Positions 50,104 through 63,434 of a stretch of DNA of 64,000 nt are shown in pieces. Origin of the DNA: Podarcis liolepis (lineage: Eukaryota); assembly GCA_965112155.1 (NCBI GenBank), contig OZ218100.1, one strand, 5' to 3'. The notes beneath the pieces were generated by a model. The model did no database searches, was not told the origin of the DNA, and saw only the letters and a list, made by a program, of their open reading frames with translations. How positions within the stretch are numbered: position 1 is the first letter of the stretch; each line of letters begins with the position of its first letter. A program made the translations under genes and the position numbers.

Positions 50104-50462
50104 TAGGTAGGGCTGAGGAGGATCTGGTTTTCAACATTGCGATATATCACCAGCTAAACATTGTGATATACTGTCATATCATGATATCTGAAATAAGGAT
50201 GGAGCTTGTTTTCAGCTTCGTAATACACCACCAGCTAAACATCGCTATATATTGATATATCACAATGTCTGAAATAAGGATGGAGCTATGTAGAGGCATT
50301 GGCTGGCTTCACGGTTTTTCCCACATTGTGATTTTTGCATAACACACACACACACATATCATGATTCACGATATATTGCCAGGTCAAGAACTATGAAACC
50401 GATATCACAATATGGACTTCAAACTGGTTTTGGGCGATATACCAATAGATCACCTATCCCTA
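50104..50462. mobile_element. Non-autonomous hAT-like element with TAGG(G) ends and an internal ~75-80-bp duplication
   Basis: Flanking GAGGTCAC (50096-50103) / GAGGCCAC (50463-50470), 1 mismatch; many (C)GATAT subterminal motifs; CACCAGCTAAACAT...TCTGAAATAAGGATGGAGCT occurs twice. Confidence 0.65.
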
Positions 50463-52504
50463 GAGGCCACCAGTGAAAGTCTTTGCTCAAAGAAGGTTGC
50501 TATCCTGCCCTATGCTTATATATGGTAAAGGGAGAAAATACTGCCGACTACTATACGTACATGGCCTAAGCAATGGAGATGAAGCGTAGATGCTTGCGTG
50601 TGTACAGAACAGTTTCTATTCATTGCTTTGGGGACAACAATGAATTGGGATTAAGAACTGGCGTTGGCATTTATAGCACATCAGTCCCAGTTCAGATTGT
50701 ATACTAGGGATACATAGCATCTTTAGTTGGTCCACAGCAAAAATGTGATGAATGCTTCTGATCCAGCTGAGGCATTCAGATAAAAGCTGTTGTTGACAAC
50801 TAGTGAAAGAAGAAACAGGAAAATTGTCACTTCTTGCAGCCCCAGTGTGTGTGGCTTGAAGTTTGCTCCTTTAATGTTTCCACTTCAACCCACTACTCTT
50901 GATTTAAGCACAGAAAATTCTACCCCTTCCAAAGCATTAGAAAGCAGACTTCATGAAAATGAATAAATTCTCCCAAAATGTGTCTATGTTGCCCATGATT
51001 GTTATTGCTTCTCTCAACCTTTTTTCCCTTTCCTTGTTCAACCTGAAGGTGCGTCTTTCAGATATGATACTGTAAAGTTTGAGTCTTACTCCTCTCTATT
51101 CTTTGGTAGTTCTAAATCTTATAATAGGGATTTGTTTTAGGTTGGGGTCCCCCCCCCCAAATAAAGGTGGTGAAAGAAAGAGAGAGAAGTTGGCTTTTGT
51201 TGCCCTTTCATGCTGGCCAGTTTAAGTCAAATTGTTTAGATTCAAATCCGACAAGGGTGCAATCCTACAGAGTTTACTCTGGAAAAAAGTTCCATGAGGA
51301 CCTTTGGGGCTTCTTCCAGAAGCAGCTGTGCTTAAGAACCACTGTCAAATTAAATACAAGTACTTTTATTTAACCGGGATATTGGGAAGCGTATCCTGTA
51401 GTGGACTCTGTGGAGTATAAAATCAACACTGAGGTTGCTCTGTGTTTTGGATTTCAGCACCAGACTCCTCTAGAATCTGCAGCAAAAGGATCATGGCCTT
51501 CTGTCTTCCCCTTGTGTAAGAGTTTTTTAGCATACTGCACACCAAATATTATTTCCATGCTAAGTGACTGATGGGTAAGAAAGAACCTTCCATCTTCCTG
51601 CTGTTTCCCAGAATACCAGCCAGTGAAACCAAAGTAGCACTTTGTAAATGCAAGAAATAAATCCAAGGACTGTGCATGGGCATGATCCATTTGATGCAAT
51701 ATCATGGATATTGACACATACCCCAACCCTTGAGTACACCAGCCCCTCTAGCATTTTCGAGGGCTGCAAGATTGCCAGTCTGGGTCTGTGTTGGAGGACG
51801 TGTATTTGTTTTTCTCACCAATTTCACAGGTGGCTGCTTCTCTTCCCCTAATGTTTATATTTGTTTGCAAGGCTAGAAAGCCAACTAGTGGGGTGAATAA
51901 TGCCATATATCATTCTGAATAGGAGAAAACATCAAAAGCACACCCACTGGTATCATTAGGAACAAGGAATGAAGTATGGTGATGACCTTTGAGCAAAGGA
52001 GAGAGAGAGAAATATCTTGGTGGAAGCAAACATGTGGCAGTATTGCCATGACTTGCTTTTTTCTTACTGATGTAATGATCATCCCAGAGGGTTATCTGTA
52101 TCTTTCACTGATGTATGGGAAAGATACCTCCATGTGCTCATTTTATGATAAAAACAACCAAATAATGTAGCTAGCTCTCAGTAGGAATTGGTTGTGTTCC
52201 TTGATTTGCCAGAATTTTCATTTGACAATGGATTTTAGTTTTGAGAATCTTTGTGTCTTAATCACATAGCTGATGCAGTTTCATCCACTAAAAAGCGTGG
52301 AAAGAATAAAGAGAAGAGACCCCACAAATTAACAGCTAATTTAGGGAGGCAAACTGGAGAAAGAGCACAGCGGGGGAAAGTAAATCCCAGTGGGAAAATC
52401 CCAGTCTATATCCCCTCTCATACCTGCTTTTAAGTGTCAACAGAAATAAGTTGGAAGATCCGGTTATGAACCTTCCACGTCACTTTTTGTTTGACCTTAC
52501 AGGT

Positions 52505-52644
52505 AGGGGATACATAGCTCAGGTGGTAGACTCTTAATCTCAGCTTCGTTGGTTCAAGTCCAACATTGGGCAAACGGTTCCTGTAGTGCAGCGGGTTGGG
52601 CTAGATGACCCTCAGGGTCCCCTCCAGCTCAGTGGTTCAGTGAT
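52505..52644 (+). mobile_element. tRNA(Lys)-like SINE with CR1 tail (Squam2-like), degenerate
   Basis: ATAGCTCAG..GGTAGA CTCTTAATCTCAG...GGTTCAAGTCC..ACATTGGGC head, then GGGTTGGGCTAGATGACCCTCAGGGTCCCCTCCA tail. Confidence 0.6.
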
Positions 52645-52695
52645 ACTGTTGTATTTGTCTGTAAGCTAAGGGCTGAGTTAACCCATTTTCATGTA

Positions 52696-53063
52696 AAGGT
52701 AAAGGTAAAGGTACCCCTGCCCGTACGGGCCAGTCGTGTCCGACTCTAGGGTTGTGCGCCCATCTCACTTAAGAGGCCGGGGGCCAGCGCTGTCCGGAGA
52801 CACTTCCGGGTCACGTGGCCAGCGTGACGAAGCTGCTTTGGCGTGCCAGCACCAGCGCAGCACACGGAAACGCCGTTTATCTTCCTGCTATAAAGCGGTA
52901 CCTATTTATCTACTTGCACTTAGGGGTGCTTTCGAACTGCTAGGTAGGCAGGAGCTGGGACCGAACGACAGGAGCTCACCCCGCTGCGGGGATTCGAACC
53001 GCCGACCATGCGATCGGCAAGCCCTAGGCACTGAGGTTTTACCCACAGCGCCACCGCGTCCGT
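52696..53063 (-). mobile_element. Sauria SINE, full length, reverse orientation
   Basis: (AAAGGT)n at the left end; 12-bp TSD CATTTTCATGTA at 52684-52695 and 53064-53075. Confidence 0.92.
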
Positions 53064-53170
53064 CATTTTCATGTACTGGTACTTAAAACTAGGAAAATTC
53101 CCACTGGGAGGGCAAGTTGCAGATACTCTTGGGAGCACACAATGCATCTCTGTATGCTCTATAACACACA

Positions 53171-53217
<47 letters not shown>

Positions 53218-54664
53218 CAATCCCTTTCAATGGAGGCCGGGCATCCCAGTGTCAGGGGCTGTGTCCCAGAGTGCTTACCCACTCCCCCAAGAGTGAATGC
53301 CAGCCATTGTTTTTATTAAGAAATGTGATAGAATCGTTCTACAAATGATCCGTTGTCTAGATGTAAAAGATTCTGTCTCTTCCCTTTCACCATGTGCGAA
53401 GAACATCCCTGTAGACTTCCTAGTTGAGTAGCTGTGCCGCACATTTGTTCCCTTGTATATTGTTTGGAGTTGTGGGGGTGGCAAGGAAGCACAGCGATCT
53501 CCCTCGATGGCTGCTTATGCGCCAGCCCAATTCCAAAAAAGCTGTCAGAAATCAAGCATTGCTTCTTCAGGGGCAGCGACGCTCCCCCCCGACACCCCCC
53601 CATTCCTCCATCAAGAGGATTATAGGTTGCACTACAGCAATCTTGGTTCATGTTTATTCCTTTTCATTATGGAGAGCTGTGTTTTGAGAAAAAATAATAA
53701 AAAAGGATCTTTCGAATGAATGATTGCTGGAGTTGTTTGTTTATATTTTAGGCCTAATGTTTAAAGAAGAACTGCCAGAATCTCAGTCAACATTTGAGGG
53801 GGGTGGGGAAATTATAGCTTTGCAAAGAAGCAACCATATGGTGGTTTACCTAATTTTAGAGATGGAGAATAGAAACGGTACTAGCATTCAATATTAGTTT
53901 TGTTGTTTTTTAAGCAAGCAGCGGCAACAAGAAGAACCCCTCAAGCAATTCTTTTCATTTCAGCTGGCATTTTGAATTTGTTGATGCATTTAAGATCGGG
54001 TAGGTGATCAGCTTGAGGTTCTGCCTTACCTAGTGTCCTGTCTATGGGGAAGGTATGCCTGGAATAAAGGCAGCTGCACACAAGCATGATAGTCATCTCA
54101 TTAACCTCATATTAGGCTACATGAGTTTTTTTTAATAGGGCTGTCGCATAGCTGAAGCAAGCATTCTTCATTAGCCTGAGTTATTTTAATAGATCAATCA
54201 ATAACATGGCATAAGTTTGCATATGAATGAAACAGTCGGTTTTTTAAAATCTATTTTTATTAAAAATTTCTTAGTTTACAAAAGTATATGCACTGTCTCT
54301 TTTTTTCAAGATGTGTTTTCTACAAATCAGTTTCATTTTGTTGTGAAACATTAGTGTTACATTAGGAAGAAAAAGGGGGAAGGGGGGAATGGTGAGTGGG
54401 GTGGGGTCGGGTGGCAATGCTTCTATCCTACTTAGTGTATGTGTGGGGTTTTGTGTCAGCGTCACTTGTGTGAGTTCTCTTTACTATTCACTTGCATTCC
54501 TTTGGTTGTGAGAGATGTTGGGGGCGGCCTGGGGTGTGGTTGGTTGTCTTTGGTGAACTATGTTTTTGTGTGTGAGTGGGGTGTTTTCGTGTTTTTGGAT
54601 CAGGTTAGCCAGATTGATTCGAACGCTGTTGGCAAGTTCTTACATCTTAGTGTATTTTTGGTCT

Positions 54665-54719
54665 TTGTGGAAGCTGCCCAGAGTGGCTGGGGAAACCCAG
54701 CCAGATGGGCGGGGTACAA

Positions 54720-54771
<52 letters not shown>
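54665..54771 (+). repeat. L2-type tail / short SINE ending in (TAT)n
   Basis: GCTGCCCAGAGTGGCTGGGGAAACCCAGCCAGATGGGCGGGGTACAAAT followed by (TTA)n; reverse-complement piece at ~31555-31600. Confidence 0.65.
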
Positions 54772-55283
54772 GCTGCTGTTGTCTTGTTGGGCTGTGTATG
54801 TGATAAAGGATAACCATACCAGGGTGAAGGCATCCTCTTCTATTTGTCCCCGTGTCAGTTTCAGTTTGTTGGTTAGTTTTTTGAACAAAGAGGCATAATG
54901 CCTTTGTTTTTAGAGTCAAGCTGGGATAGAGTGGTTTCCATCCCCGTACTGGCAGTTTAAACCTCAGCTGCCCAGCTCAGCACTGCAATTGGGATGCAGA
55001 TCGCCTCCTCTCTGCTCATTGGCTCAATCACTTGAAGAATAGGGAGGGATGCAAAAGTCAGTTGAAGTGGGGGAGACTGTGTGCTTGTGTACATGGTGTG
55101 CGTGCATGTGAGAATATGTCTCTGTGTTGGCCACATGCACAGCTGACATGCAGCCCCCAGAGAGTTAGCCAAGAATGATTGTGGTCCTTGGGCCTAAAAC
55201 AGGTTAGCCCACCCTTGCGTTGCATGCAGTAAGTGCCATTTTGGAAGAGACATTCCCTTATGTATGCTGTATAAATGAAAGTA

Positions 55284-55509
55284 CAGTGGTACCTCGGGTT
55301 ACAGACGCTTCAGGTTACAGACTCTGCTAAAACAAAAATAGTACCTCGGGTTAAGAACTTTGCTTCAGGATGAGAACAGAAATCGCGTGGTGGCGGCACA
55401 GCAGCAGCGGGAGGCCCCATTAGCTAAAGTGGTACCTCAGGTTAAGAACAGTTTCAGGTTAAGAACAGACCTCCAAAACAAATTAAGTTCTGAACCTGAG
55501 GTACCACTG
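55284..55509 (+). mobile_element. Tc1/mariner-type MITE, family A
   Basis: TA|CAGTGGTACCTCGGGTT...AACCTGAGGTACCACTG|TA. Confidence 0.88.
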
Positions 55510-56544
55510 TACCGGGAAATGTCTCTTCTCAGGTTGTGCCTGCCACCTGCACCTTTCATAAGAGCTTGCATTTAAATAATATTTTTTCTTAAAAAAAAAC
55601 GGCTTGCACAATTAATTGGGGATACCTTTTGCTTTTTTTAAAAAAAGATTTAATTGCTTTAATCAACTACAGCTGCAAGCTTTCAAGATTATCCTCTTAG
55701 ACAGGGTTGGGCTAGAAGAAAGAAACAAAACATTCCATCTTAGGAGGTTCTGCCAAAAATAACTGGAATAAATTACAGTTAGGAATTAATTTACAGAATG
55801 GAAATGAAAGCTATGAGACTTGGACGTTCCTTTAGAAATCTATGAGACTAATGATTTTATTTGAGAAATGGACCGTCAATCTTTTTCTTCACCGAGGTTT
55901 TAAAAATGCCAGATATTGTATAACACAGCTCTCATGTCTGTTGATGTGGCCATAGCTTTCCAAAATAATTTTTTCTTCCTCAGCTCTCCATTCATTCCTG
56001 TGGGGCTCATGCAGAATACGTTGTTGTTGTTGTTGTCATTTTTTTAATAGTGCTTAATTGTCAGAACCTCTAAGCGGTTTACATAGAATGCAAAACCTAC
56101 CTTAAAATTGTCAATAAAAGTCAGGTGTTGGTAACAAAAAAGAAGTTAAAACCGTAAAAATTCCAAGTATAAATAAAGCCTGTCATTAAATATATACTAA
56201 GCTAGAAATACTTGATATGAAAGACTGTGGTTACACCAGCAGATGTGAGAACTTTGTTATAATACTGTATTGTGGCACATCTTCAGACTTAGGAATGAGA
56301 ACAAATGGAAGCTATTGAATGTACATTTTGCAACTCAAATTTTTGGTCTCATAGATCAAAGGGTTGCTAAAGGGTCACATGACTTAGATTTTATTCTGAA
56401 GCTTAATTCCTAACTATAATTGCTTTATATTTATTGTATTCTGCATTTTCTTGCAGTGTGGAATGCTCTGTCTGGTAATATAATAACTAGGTTATTATCG
56501 AAGAGAATCACAGACACATGGAAAAGGCTAGTTTTATTCCGCAG

Positions 56545-56577
<33 letters not shown>

Positions 56578-56779
56578 AAACAACCAACATTGACAGAGCT
56601 ACCATCGCATTCTAGGAACAGTTTGTAAATAGCTGCGTGCTATTTAAAATTTAACAAAGCCAAATGTCCAAATTGGATTAATTGTATTAGGAAAAATGTG
56701 GAAAGGAAGAAAAGGAAAGGCCGCATTCAAATATATTAATAAAGCCAGTCTAGCTCTAGTTCCAAGCTATCTGCTTTAG

Positions 56780-57200
56780 CAGGCTCTTGGGATTCAGAAG
56801 ATATGCAGAGTTCCTTGTAGAAGAGAGCTTCGGAGAGTCAGCATCTTTGGACATTTCCCTGAAGTCAAAAGTAGAGAGTAAAGTCTCACATATGGAGACC
56901 AATAGAAGCCAGCTTCCTTCCCAAGATGAATTGTTGTTTGACCCTACCATGAAATTTGCTCCATCTGTGATGTCAGGGGCCTTTTTGGCCAATCAGAAAA
57001 TTACTGTGAGGCTAGTTCCACCTCCCTAAGGACTCTGAGCTTACATTACTAAAGGTCTTAACCAGTTCAGTCCTCTTGAACCATTGTGAAAACCAGCTAT
57101 ATCTCCTGGATGCTTATTCAAAGACAAAGGACAGGATATGCTTGCTCATAGTTTATGGATATGCTTACTCGCCATTCTTTTGAGATTTCCAGAAGTTCTA
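56780..57200 (+). mobile_element. Possible ancient DIRS-like retrotransposon remnant (tyrosine recombinase region)
   Basis: ORF 56787-57029 ends LLFDPTMKFAPSVMSGAFLANQKITVRLVPPP, loosely like the recalled DIRS YR segment LRxDPxFLPKVVSxFHLNQxIxL; weak match. Confidence 0.35.
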
Positions 57201-60200
57201 GGAGGCTTTATAGAACTACATCAGAGTATAGGAGTTCTTCAGAGGGGTATTAAACATTTGCTGCCACTTCCCCTTAATTCTGTTGAAGTGGCAGGCAGAG
57301 GAGGAGACGGAAGGATACAAGTATCGGTGACCGAAGAAATGGATGTTCCACCAGCCCCTCATTAAGTATTAGATATTTATTTAATTAAAACACCATTATA
57401 CCACCCTTCATTAAAAATCCCAAGGCAGCTCACAGGAAAAATGAAACAAGTTCAGTAATATTAACATTAAAGAAATAATATAACAACATCTGCAATAACT
57501 AGAGAAATCTACAAAGGACTGGGCAATGACCAGAAAATGCTTCACACTTTTTGTAAAATGCCAAAAGCACATTGCAGTTGTGCACGTTACTTATTTCAGA
57601 GGAGAGACAATTTCACAAGCCGTTCACCAGCACAGAAAATAGTTTAATTGGAAAAGTGGTAAAAACATGAGAATTGCACACACAGCTCATTAATGTCATT
57701 TTTTAAATGAAAGAATTGCATTCCCCCACTTGGCAGTTGAGTGACAGCTTTAAAACAACCACCACCAGGAATACTCAGCAAGCCATATTGCTGCTCTTAT
57801 AATTTCTGCTATGGTTGAATGTCCTTTTTGGTTTTTTGCATTACCTTGATTTATTTAAAATGATCAGGTATCTGCTTTCACCGCTGCTTGTGGTTTTTGC
57901 ACACAAGGCCAGCCATTGTGCATTTGCAGACTGCCCTCCTGAAAATTGACCCAGCACTGATGTTTCTTCACACTTGAGCGGTCATCACCTATTGAGACAT
58001 GTTTGTATAAAAATAATCGCTGCCTTTATTCTTTTTTATTTTATTTTGCCGCATCAGCATATCCAGGTCTTGAATAAGCCTAAGTAAATTGTGCTGCGCT
58101 GAAAGGAAAAGCTGTTTGACAATGGAAGCCAAAAATAACTTGAATGGTCTCAAGAATATACATTCCTCTCTGGAGTTAGCCATAACTAAGTAGAGCAAGG
58201 TTGATAAACCACATTTTGTTCATGTCAGAAGCAGCAACAGAGCAGTTCGACACTGCTGCTGGCAGCCAACCCACACCTCCCTTTCCTACAGTGTTAATAT
58301 TACATTATTTACTGAGTATTCAGCAGGGCCAGCCCAAGGCGTTTTGTTGCCTAAGATGGAAACTGTTAGGGGCCAGGAATCAGATTCCTCTTTGTCAGAT
58401 GCTGGAGGTGAGGAAGAGTCCTCTGAACCTGAAGGGAAAAGACAAGCATTCTTGATGTGGTAAATCTGGGTCTTGGGTATAGCACTTCAGGATGCAGCTT
58501 AGAGCGTATAGGACTGAAAGCTGCTCTAGCTTCCCCTGTCCCCTGAACAAAATTCCTTCCACATAGAAAGGTAGCATGTGAGGGAGAAGGCTCTTGTCCC
58601 TCAAATCCACATTTTTCTGTAGAGCAAAGATGGAGGATCTGGAGCCCCTCAGATGTTGTTGGACCACAACTGCCATCACCTCATGACCATTGGCAGTGCT
58701 GAGTGGGTTCATGGGAGCTGGAGTCCAACAAAATATGAAGGGCCACCGGTTCCTCAAAAGGGACTTTTTCATCTGGAGGAATTATATGCACCCTAAACTG
58801 CAATCTAAAGTGGGGCTAGAAAACCTTTTTCATCCTGAGGGCCACATTCCTTTGTGGACAACTTCCAAGGGCCACATGCCATTGGTGGATGGGGCCAAAT
58901 GCCGAAGTAGATATAGCAACAAATATAAAAATTGCTATTCTACAGTGGTCTGGTGCTGCACACCCTCTTCTCTTTACTCCAATTCCAATAAAGAGGAATT
59001 ATCAGAGTTCAGGGACACATTCCAGCCAGGCAAAGACGTTTGGGTGTGAAGCAGAGCAAGTGTGGGATGTCACCTGAGGGTCAACTCTCCTGAAGGGCCA
59101 CATTTGGCATGTGGTTCTCCACCCCGGTCTAGAATATAGTGCCCAGGCACCCTTACATTCAGTGAAAACTAGGCATTTGATTCTGTGGATTTCTTTAATG
59201 ATATGTCAATTTCTTGTATTCAAGGAGTCAAGCAAGATGCATTTTTTAAAACTGTGTAGCTAATGTTGATCTGTAACCACAGTATTCAAAATTAAAATGT
59301 TTAGATGTTGGTAGGTAAACTAATGTTTATATGCTTAACATAGTAATATAATATAATCTGACACTTGAGTTAGTCTTGTTATGATATAAAATAAGTGCCT
59401 CACAGAATCACTGAAGTATACATCCCGTGGTTTAAGAATTATTGATGATGTCCTTTCAAAAAACTGTAAATGAAAAATTAACTTAAAGTGGTGCTTCTAG
59501 ATGTGGGAACCCAAGATAATACATTACAGGTTCAATACTGTTCAGATATCTCTGGATGATTTAAAACACCAATTTTCTCTTAGCACTATGTTCAAGCTCT
59601 CTTAGATCCATCATAAGTATCATGATATTCTGCCTTTCTATAATAGATAGCATGACGCTTCTACCTATCCATTGCAGGAAGGCAGAATATCATGTTGGGG
59701 ACGTAGCTGTCTTTCTGCTTACAATTTAAAAAAATGATCACAGGAATTAAGAGCTCTGCTTGGAAATGGGGTTGCAGAGACTTTGAACAGTTAAAATAAA
59801 AACCGACTTGGCTGTGCTTAATGTGAGATGCAATAGGGTTTCCCCTTTCTCTCCTCTCCCCCATGCACCCTCAAAGTATGTTCCAGAGTGTCTCTCTGCC
59901 TTCTGGAGCAGATTTTATGGGGCCTGAAAAGCATGGGGAGTGGAGATATGGGGAAAATTTGACTGCACAAGTGGACTGGCAGCACTAGATACAATCTTAA
60001 AGGTTCATGACGTTGCCAAGGGGCGGCGGATCCAGTGAGCCAGTACAGACATTATTTTGGTTAGGTTACTTGTGCAAAGTACAGAAGAGAAGGGGACCCC
60101 TCCACAGTGCTATGGTGCATGCATATGCAAATATTTAAATGAGTAAGCCAACTGCAATAGCATCCACACCAGGAGAAATATAGTTCTTCTTGGCTGATGA

Positions 60201-60492
60201 ATCCACGCTTAAATCAGAAGCTCGGTTCCTCTGCTTTACCTGTTGAGGTTCCATAGCTAAGTGAGGAATTGAACCTGTGCCTTCCTTGTCCTAGTTCAAC
60301 ACTCCCACCATTGCTACACAACCAGTGTTGACTCCTGTGTTTCTTCTTGAGCCAGACTTGATATTTGACAGAAGATCTGTCTGGGAACCTGGCTCTCTCC
60401 CAAGTTATCTTACAGCAGTGGAAGAAAGGCAGAAGAAAAACAGTGGAAACGTGTGTAATGCTTCCTCTGTTTCTCCCCTCTAGTCTCATCAT

Positions 60493-60740
60493 CAGGGGTC
60501 AGCAAGGTTTTCCTTGCCTGGGCCAGTTCACTCCAGCGGAGATCCCTCTGTGGCCTGCAATTTTCGGCATCTGTGCAGACGTGATTTCCAGCGCCGCAGA
60601 AGTGAGTCCCTGCATTGTGCTGCGCTGGTTTAGCACAGTGTGCAGGGACTTGCCGAGCGGGCGGCTTGGTTCGGGGGCAGCTCGTGGGCCAGTTAAACAC
60701 CCCCGTGGGCCACTTGTGGGCCTTAGGATGTTGACCCCTG
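60493..60740. mobile_element. hAT MITE, 248 bp
   Basis: TIR CAGGGGTCAGCA / TGTTGACCCCTG; perfect TSD CTCATCAT (60485-60492, 60741-60748); GTGGGCC subterminal repeats. Confidence 0.88.
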
Positions 60741-63281
60741 CTCATCATCTTAATAAATAATAAGAGAGGGTGTCTAGATGCATTTTGCTGTGGTTGGAAG
60801 AAAAGTGCCTAACAATATGGCCTCCAAATGTTTTGCACTACAACTACCCAGCATGGCTGTGATGGGAGCTTTCAGGTTGTTGAAGGCTGGGTTATCTTCA
60901 TGGTCTAAGATGGTGCCCAAATTGAGTAAGAGAAATTTACTTTTCCTCTGATTCAGTTATGCAACAGCTCTGCTTGCCACCTGTAGATTCACCAGTAGCT
61001 GAACTAGGCTTCTCCACTGGTATCCCCTCTGAAGGGGACAGTTGACCTACGGATCCCTGCGATAAGAATTGCCATTTCCCTCAGACATCTAGTTTCATTC
61101 AGGGTTATTCTGCCTTTAAAATAAACTTGGGGTGTCAGTTGTTTACAAATAATGACATAGCTGCCGCATAGGTTTGTACATGGTGTGGCAATGTGCTCTT
61201 AAAAAAACAAAACAAAATGCCTGCCTTGTTTTCTGTGAGAAGTGGTAGGAAAATTGCTAACAACTTGCGTGACTTTTTACTAAAAAACATTGGCATTTGG
61301 TTTCCTCTGTTGACAGAGCACCTGAGCTCATTTCATTTGCTGTTGCAGCAGGAGGCTTCACAGCATCAAGAATCATGATTGTGCTCTTTTTAAAAAATGC
61401 TGCTGCATTGCATGGGGCAACTGTCAAGGCACATTAATCAGATTAAAAGCAAAACAGTATCCTTTAATATAACTATGTCAAATAGCATCCATACGCAGCC
61501 AGCTTGTTCACAGAACATGTCAGAAATCAGTTCAACTCAGAGAATCCAGAGCATGAAAACAGTTGGATACCTGGGGAAAAAGCATAGGCACAAAGGCTAT
61601 AATTTTATGCAATTTAATGTAGGGAACCAACATTATGGATGATGCGCACTGTACCGACTGTGCTGGCCCCATGAATATACAAATCTGATCAGCAGACTGG
61701 CAGAAAACCAGTGCCAGCTGAAAAATGGCATTTGATGATCCTTCCAGGGTTTTCAAAGGGAAAGGATGCTATTTGGGTCATGACTTTAAGGAAGACATGA
61801 TTGTAAGCACCATAGATTTCATCTATCCAGCAGGGGAGAGAAGCAGCCTTCCACTTGCATAGCTGATGCAGATGAAAACGTGCATCTCAATGCTCATTTT
61901 CATGTTGCTCATCCAGCCCACGCTGAATTGGCAAGACGTGGCCAGTGCACCATTAGTTGTCTAATTGCATAGAGTTAAAGGTGGGTCAGAGCCAGTGAAA
62001 CCAGTGGCAGTTTCCCCAGCCCTTTCATTTTCTCTGGTCTACATCTTCTGCCAGGAACTTTCTGTTTCCATATAACACTCTGTTTCCATATAACACTTTT
62101 GGCCTTCAAAATAAATGCCAGCTTACCCCAGGCATTGCCCTTTCTTAAAAAAAAAAAAAAAATCTGTGGGGGTGGGAAAAGATAACCCTGTGATCAGGGC
62201 TATTTTGGGAATGGTAGGTAAGTAGAAATAGTCTAACATAACTCTTGTTGCCACCTTGAGAACCTCTAGGGCAGAAAACGCATTCTTCAAAGGCTCTGGA
62301 TGCACATTTGTAGGTCATTTCATGTTACATCTGCATGATGTTTGGGGCAGGACTTGGGTTTGCTGATTTTGCTCTCTGCAGTTCATTCAAGTGACATAGG
62401 AACTATGCTGACATTTGCACTTACATAGCTATGAACTTACGCATCCCAGTCTGCAGTAGAGACAAAAGGAATTATGGGGCCAGAATTTCTGGTGCAATCC
62501 ATTCAGGCACTTGCTCTGGAGAGAGGTAGGCTGAGCAGTTGGGTGCAGGATAGAAGAAAGTCCCACCCACCTCTTTCTCTCTCCATGAATAGGGAAGATG
62601 AAAAGCTGAGTTGGTAATTCAGAGGGTTGGATTAGAGCCTCGTGGTTCCTTCTATGATTCTATTCTATATACATATAGCTTTATCACATTGGTGTAGAAA
62701 AACTGACCATGCTTATCAAGTGCTGAGGTTAAGATTCTGATTTTTGGGGAGTGGGTAGAGACAGAGTTAGTGACTCTTTCATTAGCTTGCACCATTTAAT
62801 GGTCCATCATAATCTGGGTTTGTAGAGAAGCTGTCTCCAGAAGCTGCTGTGGGGCATGAGCACAACTAAGGGAAACTCACAGATGCAATCCTGGTGGAGA
62901 GAACAGCTAGTCTTTTTGCTGATCTACATGCTGACATGAAAAAGCCCACAGGCCTCTGACTTTTATAGAACAAGTCCAGCACATGTGGAAAGATTGTGAT
63001 GTAACTCTCTCTGCCTACAAAGAGGAGCAACTTTCCTCCAGAACCAGCATTGTGAAGAGTTTGAGAGTGTCACAAATGGTTGTGATGAAAGCTTGTGTAT
63101 ATTTTATTTTTGAAAATAGTATAGTACAAAAGAAAAAAAATAGCTTGGCTCGACTAGATTTCTGACTAATACAGTTAAGCCATTGCTTTAATGATAGGAT
63201 GCATTTTTATTTGTGTGTGTGTGATCTTTATTTTCCTTTCAAAGGACAAACCAGTTGTTTAGTTTTTCTTTTAAGACCTAG

Positions 63282-63414
63282 TTACAGGTAGGTAGCCGTG
63301 TTGGTCTGCCGTGGTCAAAACAAAATAAAAAAAATCCTTCCAGTAGCACCTTAGAGACCAACTAAGTTTGTTATTAGTATGAGCTTTTGTGTGCATGCAC
63401 ACTTCTTCAGATAC
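63282..63414 (-). mobile_element. Penelope-like element terminal (pseudo-LTR) fragment
   Basis: TTACAGGTAGGTAGCCGTGTTGGTCTG...AGTAGCACCTTAGAGACCAAC...ATGAGCTTT resembles recalled squamate PLE termini; contains a hammerhead-like motif. Confidence 0.65.
63377..63414 (-). ncRNA. Minimal type I hammerhead ribozyme motif, degenerate (G12 to A)
   Basis: Minus strand GUAU-CUGAAGA-A-GUGUGC-AU-GCACAC-AAAA-GC-UC-AUAC: helix I GUAU/AUAC, CUGANGA box, helix II, GAAA box mutated to AAAA, palindromic AGCU helix III. Confidence 0.6.
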
Positions 63415-63434
63415 ATGCACACAAAAGCTCATTG

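Noticed and set aside
53940-54235. Possible conserved non-coding elements (also ~42590-42730 and ~57960-58230)
   Set aside because: TE-free and motif-rich by eye, but conservation cannot be established without alignments
62062-62097. 18-bp tandem duplication (a similar ~23-bp one at ~2990-3030)
   Set aside because: Ordinary slippage-type microduplications with no further structure
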